Shown here piece after piece: positions 41,701-53,700 of a DNA stretch of 64,000 nt. The notes below the pieces were generated by a model. It saw only the letters and a list, made by a program, of their open reading frames with translations. It made no database searches and was not told the DNA's origin. The DNA is taken from positions 18,352,001 to 18,416,000 of the forward strand of contig JBITNC010000002.1 of the NCBI GenBank assembly GCA_050084985.1, given 5' to 3'. A program made the position numbers and the translations under genes. The DNA is from Nageia nagi. Its lineage: Eukaryota > Plantae > Pinophyta. Each line of letters starts with the position of its first letter. The stretch's first letter is position 1.

Positions 41701-44700
41701 CAATCCTACGATTTTTTGCCAATTTTTTTGCCAAAAATCAGATCGAGAATCGCCAGGATCGGACAAAAAATGCCATGTCAGTAAAATTTTAAAAAAAATC
41801 GGAATTAGTTCAAAAAAAATCATTTAGGTTGCCGATTTTCCCGATTTTTGGCCGATTTTTACAACACTGACCACAGGAATCCTCCAAAGCTTTCCTAGCT
41901 TTATTTGCAATCCCCAAGGTTGCCATGAGGAAAAAATGGGTTTTATCCAAGGCTGAAGGATGTGGTAAGAGCACCTCAAAGTTCTTTTTCTCCTCCTCCT
42001 TGGCTTTCTTACATCCTTTGACAAGGTCTTCCAACCTATTGAAGGAACATATCGATTTTCCACAGCCATTTGGATCTCAACAGAATCTGTATTTTGATAC
42101 TACAATAACCATAATCTTCACCATTGAACTCAAAAAGAGGAAGATTTGAGTTGCCTTTATGCTCTACCATTGTACCTTATAAATGACAAGGAAAACAAAA
42201 CTCTTCAAACTTGTTTCTAGTAGAAAAAACATTCTTTCTTAATCTATACTCCAAATGGCTCTAATACCAAATGTTAATTTTGCTAACTCGGATTGCACTT
42301 ATTCATTTTGTGAATCTTTCAAAAAGGAACTGCAGACCCAGTAAAAATGATAGCAAACGAGCAAAACCACATGAACATACATCACACACAATGATGGAGC
42401 TGAATAAGAAAAAGACCCAATTTTGCCACTTCAATGGAGTTTTGAATTCCTCTCAAATCAGTACATACAGTCTCAGTACAAACACACAGCTACTCCATAC
42501 ACTAAAAGAGAAGAAATAAGTATACAATATATTATACTCTTGGTATGACCCTTTACTTTCCCATGCCAGTTGGATTCTCATGGAGTATTCATAAATCACA
42601 CATCTCTTGGCTTGCTTGAAGCTCAAGAGATAGACTTTTTATTCTATTTTATTATCCATTTTCTGAATAAGAAATAGATATCTCAATTTCCTCAAGAAGT
42701 GATCAACTCTCGATCAAAATACAAATTATGTTTAATGTTTTATAAGACGATGCTGCACTTTATTCAAATAATCCCCTTTTTGCCAAATTACCTGAAGCTT
42801 ATGCAATTATGTTGAAACATTAATACTAGATACATGTTTATATGTCGACAGGTCTTCTATCATGTTTTAGTCATGCATACGAAAAGTTTGAGGGTTTTCA
42901 ATAGATTGAAATTGACATCAATTAGTCTTAGGTTTTGCCCAAATAGGGTTCAAGTCTAAGCCTCTCATTCCATTAATTTGATCATGCATGGCTAGCCAAA
43001 GCCCTTTTTGAAAAGCCAAAGTGGAACAGGTGCTCAAAGCCAAAGTGCTATCTTCAGTTATGGTGTCCTCTTACTTAATTTAGATCCTTATATTGTCATT
43101 CTAAACAAAAATATAATAAAACTAATCACTCAATCATATACAGATTCCCATAAATAACTTGAATCTTCCATGGCTACTTCGCACAAACTAACTCCACTAA
43201 TCCCCAACGTCAAAGGAAAAGTTCTACTTCTCATAAGACACATTGTCACAATTTTGTCATGTTTTAAAATGAAGCTCACAACCTTCCAAGCTCCTCCTTG
43301 AAGGTGGTCTCATAATTATGTTCTACAAATTGTCCCACACTAAGCAAATTATATTTCATGTTTGGCACATAGTATGTATCAAGAATTTTCTTCTCGCCAT
43401 GTTTAGTGTCCACTTCATTGACTCATTTTCCATGCATACCAAGTGTCCAATTTGATGAAAAGCTCCTCCTTTCACATCACATGGTTGCAACAACCAAAGT
43501 CAACACATCACACTTCTTGAGAGATGTTTTCAAATTTATCAACTGTCAAGAACATAAATTCTTCATCCACTTCATGGACACTACTTGCTTTTGGCATCCT
43601 TTATTTTCGTTGTTCCTTTCGCTTTTTTGCTTTATTGGCAGCTTTTTGTCTACATTCTCTAGCAAAATGACTTGGTTTTTTGCAATAATAACATCAGAAA
43701 AAATTCTTCTTTGGCTTTCCATTCCCTTAGATCCATTAGCTCCATTTCCTTGGTCTTCTCCTTGGTTCTTGTGACTAAAAACAGCCTCCTTCTTGGGGAC
43801 ACTTGCCTTAAAAGGAAGAGCCTTGTCCAAGGTGACTCCATCATCTTCCAAGCCCGCTTCATATGACAAGAGCAAGGTTACAAATGGGTTGGGGACAGGG
43901 ACAGGGGCAGGGACAACAAGCCAATTTGGGGATGACTAAGAAACAGCAAGTATATTACTAGTCAAAATACTAAAAAATTTCAGATTTATGAAAAATAAAG
44001 ATAGTTTCTTCATTCATATTAGCAATTCATTCATGTGACATAATGATAATATGAAATTTCAAATGTGAAATGCATTACATCAGTATTCAAATGACAAACA
44101 ACTACAAAACTGAAATATGAATCAGGATATAAAAATGAGCTATAATCAATGATCATAATGTCAATTAGTCATAAATTGGCCAGAGATCACATATTGACCA
44201 TAAATCAATCAAATGGATTTTAAATGGTTTGAAATATAAATTGTAGCTTGTAGGAGAGACTTGTAAGCCACTGTCCAAAAGCAGGATATTTTTTTCATTT
44301 CATGCCTCAAAAATGCAGTAATGGGTCTAGAGTATCTTGACTGTATTTCAGTTGTCTGATGCCACAATGAGTTGAAAATTAACCATAGACTGCTAACATA
44401 TTCTAACTTCAAAAGTCAACTCAATATGCTGTCATTTTCTCTTCAAAAACACAAGAAAACATTCTAATCTGAAGTTGATTTCTACTTTTGTTGATTTGTG
44501 GAACATAAAGAGGTAAAATAGGCAAAATGAGAGCAAATTCATGCATGTTGCTTATACGCAGATTGGAGAGACTGTGACTACGAAGGAGCACTACAGAGTG
44601 TATATATTATAGAACACCTGACAATGCTTGTCATCATCACATGAGATCTGAAAGATGAATATCCATGCATGTTGCCGATCATGCGCAAAAAATATATGTG

Positions 44701-47700
44701 ATGATCTTGATGTGTTCTTGAGTTTTGGTCTATGATATGGACTAGTAATCACCATGTATTTAGGAAACCCAGCTTCGTAGGTTGTGAATGAAACATTATG
44801 CTAACTTAATGGGTTATCCTCTTTGTGAATAATTAAAAGGTTGGCAAGAGCAAATGTAATGTCCTAAAATATTTTCAGGCTTGTAAATATTTCAAATTTA
44901 TGTTTAGTTGTTTGTGGGCTTCTAAAGGGTGGGAAATGTGTTTTGAGAAGTTTTATTGTTAGTATAAATGTTTAGGGAGTTGGTTATATATTTAGAATAG
45001 TTTTGGGACAAGCAAAAAGGTATTAATTAATGTCATTGACTTGGTACATGTTTTTAGCTTGATGGTTGGGATGACAAAGCAGTATAAAATGTCTCTAGTA
45101 TTTGTAACTGCCATTTTGGCAAAAGTTACTGGTATGATGTGAAAGTCCAACGTGTTATTTAATGCTTTTGCAACTGCCATTAACTGTTATGAGGCAGACT
45201 TTTGTAACTGTCAAAAGGCTTAAATTAAAATTTCCAAGACTATTAAAGAAGAAGAGTTGGTCATTTGAAGGCGGCTGATTTTGGTAGAGAACTTGGAAAG
45301 CTTGCATGCTCTTGGGCCTTAGTATTCTGCTAAGGACATTTCAAAAGGGTTCCCATTAGATTTGATCTAATGGAGGTTGGAGGAAAGATCTGAAGACTAT
45401 TTACCCATTTGAGAATAGATCTATTCAAGGTTTGTATTTGTGCTTGCATATTTGAAGTCAGTTTGTTGGGGATTTTGAGGAGTTCGTTTGGGGCTACATG
45501 TACCAGAATTGCAGTAGTGACTGCATCAGTGCCAGATTACTATTCCTTTAAGGGTTTGTTTACCACTTTGAGGGTGTTACAAATGTTCTGCCAATTTTGT
45601 TGAGGTATGTTCAATGATCTATAGGAGTTTTAATTACATATAATCATAGTTAGAAAAATCGGAATCGGATCAGAATCGTTTGGTTGCAAGATTCAGATTT
45701 TTGAAAAATCAGACAAAATCGGCAAAAAATTCGGATAAAATCGGCCAAAAAATCTTATAAAATTGGCAAAAAATCGGAGAAAATCAGCAAAAAATCGTCG
45801 ACCGATTCAATGCCGATTTTAAAAATCGCAATTTTTTAGCAAAAAAATCACGATTTTTTTGTCAATAAAATCGGAATCGGAATCAAAAAAAATCGGATAA
45901 ACATTTATTTGAAAAAAATCGGATCCGATTTGAATCGGATCATTTGCTTGGCCGATTCCGATTTTACGCGATTTTATCCGATTCAGATCCGATTTTTGTA
46001 GTTAAAGTTTGTGTTACTTGAAAACAGAATTAAAATATAAAATCAGATTTGGTTCTATTGCGTTATTGTGAATTTGCATACATTTGTATTTGGTTTGTTT
46101 CAAGGTTACAACTATTCTTCCAGTTTTGTTGAGATGTGTTCAGTGATCTGTAGGAGTTTTGATTACATATAAGTATAATACATTGTCTCTAATCTGTTGT
46201 AGTTGCAATTTGTGTTCCTTGAAAAGAGAAAAAATATATAAAATCAGATTTGGTTCTGTTGTGTTATTATCGATTTGCATACATTTGTATTTGGTTTGTT
46301 TCAAGCGGTATCAGAGACTGCATTCTTGTGGCATGATGAGTTGACATATGAGGATGTATCCTTCATAAGTTGTTGGGCTGAATTTTGGATTGAAATGGCT
46401 GCATTAATGATGCCATTTTGGGACTGTTCCTGTTGAGTTGCCTTCTGCTGTCTTTTGGACAATGTGGACAGCACCGTTGTGATGTATACTGCTGCATTTT
46501 GGTGGACATTCACAGCTGTCACATTGATGTGGTTTTGGACTGCGTCTTTGACAGCAGTCTTAGGAGTGCCTACCGCTGAGGTGTTGAGATTGTGGGCTGC
46601 ATCATGGATAAGATCAACTGCTGCAATTTTCACACTTTTGGGAAGTGATTGGGAGAGTGACTTCTGCTGATTTTCTGTTATCTCTTTGAGCTGCACATAA
46701 CATGCCTTTTGAGAATGTATTGGTGACTGTTACAAGCATATTTGTTGTGGTGTTGGGGACTGCCATTTTGATGTTATTTGGGGCAGCATGCTTGATGAGG
46801 ACAACAACATGCTACTTGGTATTTGGGGCTGAGTTGATGATGATGGGGGCCACACTCTGTCTCAAATGTGTATTCCTTATAGCTGCTGCATTTTGTATCA
46901 CATTGCTTGGTTTTCTTTGGGTTGCATACTTCATGATGATGTCCCCTTGGGCACTTAGAGCTGAGTTTGCTTGGCTAAGAAAGATCGCATGTATGGAGCT
47001 TTATGTGGCTTTGAGGGACACTTGGAGGGTTGTATCTCTACATGTTGATAATGTTGTTTTTGCACCCTTGTTTACTCTTGTCAAGGATAAGAGAGTGGTG
47101 CATCGATAGAATAGTGGACCTACTTCTTTGACATTAATTTGGGACCCTGGGATCACAGTTGGCTTTATCTTGGTGATGATGACATTGTGTTGGCATTGCT
47201 TGAGGACAAGCAATTCTGGAGGGGCAAACTTGTAATGTCCTAACATATTTCCAGCCTTGTAAATATTTCAAATTTATGTTTTGTTGTTTGTGGGCTTCTA
47301 AGGGGTGGGATAGTGTGTATTGAGAAGTTTTATTGTTAGTATAAGTGTTTAGGGAGTTGGTCATGTATTTAGAATAGTTTAAAGCAAGAAAAAATATATT
47401 AATTAATGTCATTGACTTGGTACACGTTTTTAGATTGATAGTTGGAATGATAAGATAGTATTAAATGTCTCTAGTATTTGTAACTGCTATTTTGGCAAAA
47501 GTAACTGTTATGAGGTCAAAGTCCAAGGTATTATTTAATGCTTTTGTAATTGCCATAGGAGAGGATTTGTAACGGTTATGAGGCAGACTTTTGTAATTAT
47601 CAAGAGGCTTAAATTAAGATTTCAAAGACTATTTAAGAGGAAGAGTTGGTCATTTGGAGGGGGCTGATTTTGATAGAGAACTTGGACAGCTTGCATGCTC

Positions 47701-50700
47701 TTGGGCCTTAGTATTATGCTAAGGATATTTCAGAGGGGTTCCTATTAGATCTGATCTAATGGAGGTTGGAGGAGAGATCTAAAGAGTATTTACCCATTTG
47801 ATGATAGATCTATTCAAGGTCAGTATTTGTGCTTGCATGTTTGAAGTTTCATGAGTTGAGATAATAATTTTGGCATCGGATCAGTTTGTTGAGGATTTTG
47901 AGGAGTTCGTTTGGGGCTACATGTACCAGAACTGCAGTAGTGACTGCATCAGTGCCGGATTACTCATCCTGTAAGGGTTCATTTATCACTTTGAGGGTGT
48001 AACAATTGTTCTTCCAGTTTTGTTGAGGTGTGTTCAATGTTCTGTAGGAGTTTTGATTACATATAAGCAGGGAAACACGGGGACACATCCCCCCACCTGA
48101 GAAATGCGTTTCCCCGTCCCCCTATCCCCAAGAACATGGGGACCCTGAAGGGGACGTTTCCCCGTCGTACCCCTTTTGGGGGGAAATGACAAGTGTCAAC
48201 CCAGAAACATTTCCGAGCCTCAGGGAGCCATCCCCAAAAAAGAGGACAAAAAGGGGACGGCTAGGGGATGTTTGATAGTCCCCGAGGACAGTCAGTCATC
48301 CCCTTTTACTTGATAATATCAAAATTATAATTTTAATACTTTTATTTATGTAGAGCAGAGAAGCTAGTTGCAGTGCATAGCTCTTTTCGCCTTTGTGAGA
48401 GAGTTACGCAAGAGTACAAAACATCTTTAGCTACTCGATGGGATGTAAATCTAAAGGATCCGAGCCAAATTGATGAGGATGAGTATCAGGAGGAGTTTCT
48501 TCAATTGGATGATGTTGAGGAGGATAGCTTCTCAAATAGATCAGTGGAGGATGAGCCATTGGACTTAGAGTCATTAGGCTTAGACCAATAGTTTTACTTT
48601 AGTTTTCATTTTGACTTCATGTATGACATAATGATCATTTTGACTTCACATATGAGTGATATGACATTAATTATTAATATTATGTACTTGATTCAACTTA
48701 ATGACATTATATAATTATGGATCATTGATTATGCTATTAACCTATTGCTCATTTATATTTGAATATTATTATTTTAGTAACTTAGTTTCACTTCCAAATT
48801 TCAGTATTCTGAGTTCTCAAGTTTGTATTTTTATTTTTAGTATTTACTATTTGATATTTAATTTTATACTTGATTTCAAATTGAATGTTTCATGAATAAA
48901 TTCAATTATTGATTGAGTCAATGAATTGATAATATGAATATAGATTGTAGAATTAGAAACTAAACTACCTTTATTTCTAAAAAATCTGAAATTTCTGGGA
49001 ATTTTTACTAGTTATATACCTACCGTTTCCGGGTCGTCCCCTAAAATCAGGTCCCCGTACCCAACCCATGTATAACCTTGCATATAAGTGTAATACATTG
49101 TATACATTGTCTCTAATCTGTTGTAATTGCAATTTGTGTTACTTGAAAAGATAATAAAAATATAAAATTAGATTTGGTTCTGTTGTGTTATTGTGAATTT
49201 GCATACATTTGTATTTGGCTTGTTTCAAGGTTACAACTGTTCTTCCAATTTTGTTGAGGTGTGTTCAATGATCTGTAGGAGTTTTGAGTACATATATGTG
49301 TAATACATTGTCTACATTGTCTCTAATCTGTTGTAGTTGCAATTTGTGTTACTTGAAAAGAGAATACAAATATAAAATCAGATTTGGTTCTGTTGTGTTA
49401 TTGTGGATTTGCATACATTTGTATTTGGTTTGTTTTAGCAGAAAAATTTGGTGAGAACCAAAAGCATTTCTTTATACAAATTTCATTTTACCAAAAATCA
49501 AATAAAAGTTACAAAAGGATAGGCAAAACAGTTATCAACTAAAGATTTAACTTCATAGAAAACAACCAAGAAAAGAACAATTTCTTATTTTTTTTTTCAA
49601 TGGTTGTCTGGTCGTAGAGGACAATTGAGAGATGGCTCAATTGGGGAATGTACCAAGGACAATCCCCAACTGACCCTAGACGTCTTGAAGATGGCTCCTC
49701 ACATTTGCCAAAAAAGGGGACAGCAGGGAAACATCCCCAATGATGTCCCTTCATTTGGGGGACACCCACAGGACAAGGGGAGGGGGAAGCATCCCCCTAT
49801 AACCTTGGACAAGAGAGATCCTTAACGCTCATCAAACTTCAATTTAGTAAAATCTTTGGTGTCCTCAAACATCATTGTGACTTGGCAAAACTTGGCAAGA
49901 AGTAACCTCAATACTTTCTTGCAATTAACTGAATCATCCAACTTTTCTCCATTTATGGGCATCTTGTAAGCAGCATTGTTGACTCTCGTACAAAAATCCA
50001 TTATTTTTCCAACCCACATCATCTTGAGATTTTCAAATATCCTCTTGACATTTTGCAACCATACAATCTTGATTTGGACATTTGAACAACCATCAGAATC
50101 CTCCAAAGCTTTCCTAGCTTCATTTGCAATCCTTAAGGTTGCCACAAAAGGAAAAATGGGTTACTTTTATCCAACGCTATAATGGCCCAAATTCCCTAGG
50201 ACCTTTGATTAAGGACAAAGCAATAATTATTAGGAGACATCACATACACCTTGAAAGACTTGACCCTCTTAACATTTTAATGTGATTTAGTTATATTGAA
50301 TTGTGAAGATGAACCTTGAAATTATGAAACATGATGCTATTTTCTACGATACTATGAACAGACTAATTATGAATTGTTACTCTAAAATTGATGTTGAAAT
50401 TGGAATTTAGCGGTGCCACTATTATACTTGGTATTTGGTTTTTGTTGGTTTTCCTTTGTGTTACATGTCTCATATGATCGGGAGGATCTTAGGGAACGAC
50501 ACAAAAGGTAAAGAGGATTTTCACTTAAATCACTTTTGGAAGGACACAATACCTTAATTTGATATCCTTTAAACATGGATATCTTTTAATGTTAAAGGGA
50601 GAATTCTATATATATATAGAAGGGAATTATCATGGCAATAGACAAAAAGAAAGAAATTTTATTAACGTCATCGGGAGACCCAGAGTGGTCAATGGGATGA

Positions 50701-53700
50701 TTGTAGGGAGTACATTGTATCACTCTTCGTGGGATTTGAACATGGGACCCTCTGTGAAACAAGGTCATAATAGAATTAAAAAAGGTTTGATTTTAAAAAT
50801 GCCTCTTTGCCACATTGGGGATTATTGTTTTATCTTTAAAAGAAACTTGTTTCTTTTGGCAAGCCACAATATTGAGGTTTAAACATATAAAAATAAAAAC
50901 TATTTTGTTAACCCTTTGAATTCGGGTGAATTATAGCATGGTAAAGGTTTCAAAAAATAATAATTAAGTTGGAATATAAACCATATAAGATGTATATATA
51001 CATGGATATCCCTATGTTTATTTTTAATTACGCCATATTTTCATTTAAATGAGCCAATTCTCATTCATGGAGGAAGTAACTCCTTGTAGTGTGTTAGGAG
51101 AATGAATGTCCATTCTTAAACAAAGGAATTGGACCGGAAATCAATAAGGTACAATCTCTAATCGTAGGGAATCTTTGAAAAGAGTGAAAAATTCCTGGAA
51201 AACAAGGTACCCATGCCTTGACATGCTAAGAGGAGCTCATGCAAGCGACCAGCTTATGCCCTCCTTGCAAGGCTAGTTAAATGAATAAGGAAGAAAATAG
51301 AGTGAGGTATGTAAACAAGAGAAGGAAAGGAGGTCTAATAGCATCGTTTCAACAAGAACATTCTTTGTGGAGTACTTTGTGGTATCTTCTTTAGTTATGG
51401 TAAAACCTAATTGTTACATTTACTTCTTGTTTGAAAGGTGTTGTGTTCGCTAGTAAGAAGATAGTGTATTATCTATGAGATGTTCATAGACTATTGAGTT
51501 GTGATATCCCTCCTTTAGCTTGGTTATGGGGTAAGTTAGTATTAAGATTAAGTGAGAGAGTTGGCATACTAGGACTTGTATTGTCTGGTAAACTTCTTAC
51601 AACATTTCAATTATTCTAATATGAACATAAATGATTGTTGCATTAGTTCTAAGCAATGGATTTGTTTGTTTGTTCTTGAAAAAGGCTTGCACACATTGCA
51701 CGTATATTTCACAAACCTTGTGGGAAAACTTGGGTGAAGACAACATGTTCACAACGTCACTAATTGTCCCCTAAGCATATGTAAAGCTTGGGTTGTTAGC
51801 CTTCATGGCATCATTGTTTGCCTTCTTTAGCAATTGAGAAGTCTAGTTGTTAGCTTTTGGTAGCTTTGCCTTGTCACTTGTCGAGATTATTATGAGGAAA
51901 AGAGTCATCATTAAAGATGATGATGCAAACATTTGCATTTTTCCAAAGCATATAACATGTTGCTTGTCGCCATTTTAGTTGCACACAACTTTTCCATAGG
52001 TACCAGCGTAGGGTTTCCTTGGAGGGTAGCATTGTTCCTTCTAGGTCTTTCTTGCAACGTCTAGCTTGGCAAACTTTAAGGCTAGTAAGATGTGTTACCA
52101 TGCCTTCTAATAATTCCACAATTGGGAAAGGAATAGTACAAACTGTAGGAATGAACCCAAGATTATTAGTCTCTTTTTTTGTGAGACGTTAGTCAAAGTC
52201 ACTTATTGGAATTGTTTTGCTGTCTTTCAATCTTCAAATAGCTGGAACATTTCCTTACCTTAGGGATTTGGGGTGCAAGTCTTAAGATTGTTTTCAGAAA
52301 GGCGTAAACAATATACTCGCATTATATTCATTTACACCAATAACTATAACAAGTCTTTAAACTATGTTGTTTATCAACTATAAGAAGGTGTGAGCAAAAT
52401 CAAGCTCAATTTGATTATTAGATTAGATTTGAAGACCCAAGAAGTTATATCTTTTAATATATACAAGAAATAGAGGTTTGTATAATAGAATTTAATTGAT
52501 ATAATTTCTTTATTGCAAATGAGAAATGAAAGTTTGTAAGATAGAACTACTTGATTAATTTCTTTATTGCAATTGAGAAATGAAAGTTCATAAGATAGAG
52601 CTAGTTGGTTTTATTTCATTATTGTAATTAAGAAATGAAAATTCATATGATAGAACTAATTGAGAATATTTCTTTTAATACATATGAAAATGAAAGCTCA
52701 AAGGATAGAGATTTGTTGAGATTGTTTCTTTTCATGTAAATGAGAAATAATGGTTCATAAGATAAGAAAATTAGTTGAGATTATTTCTTCATTGTACACG
52801 AGAAATGAAGGTTTGTATGATAGAAAAACTACTTGAGATGATTTCTTCGATGTATGTGAAAAAGAAAGTTTGTAGGATAGAAACTAGTAGAGTTTGTTTC
52901 TTCTAATGTAAGTGAGAAATAAAGGTTCATATAATAGAAACTAGTTAAGGGTAATTTCTTTATTGAATATGATAGAAACTAGTTGAAATGATTTCTTTAA
53001 ATGCATATGAAAAAGAAAGCTCTTATAATAGAAACCGGTTGATGTATATGGGAATGAAGTTCTTAAGATAAAAATTAGTTAAGATCATTCTTCAACACAT
53101 ATGAAAAATGAAAGTTCTTTAAATAGAATCTAGATAAGATCATTTCTTGCTCATAAGATAATCATAAGCTCTTGTGATAGAAACTGTTCGAGATCATTTC
53201 TTAAGAATAAGATATATAGGTTCTTATGATAGAACCTATTTATTTTTATTGGAATGGTTCATACTTAATGGAAAGGAGACAATTAAGGATATGTTGTAAA
53301 AGAAGTTCAATTTAATGTTCAAAATGGAGACTAAACATTACAAACATGCCTTTAAAGTTGATTATCCACAAGCAATGTATCGTTGTTAAAGTTGATTAGG
53401 TGACTTTTTTAGGATTGTCACATAGGCTGAAAGGATGTAGTAGATTGCTCCAAAGTTCTTTTTCTCCTCCTTCTCCTTGGCTTTCTTTAGTTCTTACATC
53501 CTTTAACAAGAACTTCCAATCCATTGAAGGAACATGTTGATTTTCCACATCCCTTTGAACCTCAACAGAATCTGCATTTTGACAATAATTATAATCTTCA
53601 CCATTGCCTCAAAAAAGGGAGATTTAAGTTCCCTTTGTGCTCTGCCATTGTACGTCACAAATGACAAGAAAAACAAAATTCTAAAAACTTGTTTCTGGTT

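Larger units (their letters stand above)
44855..49437 (+). mobile_element. Non-coding LTR element E (LARD/TRIM-like, Gypsy-related)
   Basis: LTRs 44855-46303 and 47231-49437, each with a 3' duplication of about 200 bp and a MITE. PBS cggtatcagag at 46306. PPT ggaggggcaaact before 47231. TSD gcaaa/gcaga. Internal region 927 bp with no recognisable gag or pol. Confidence 0.88.
43873..49807. mobile_element. hAT non-autonomous element (GGGGAC family) interrupted by LTR element E
   Basis: TIR CAAGGTTA/TAACCTTG, perfect 8-bp TSD gacaagag (43865-43872, 49808-49815), empty site visible near 40860. Confidence 0.9.

Noticed and set aside
50700-50770. tRNA or tRNA-derived SINE (rc B-box GTTCAAATCCC near 50731-50741)
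   Set aside because: No convincing A-box, cloverleaf or TSD, so too little support.
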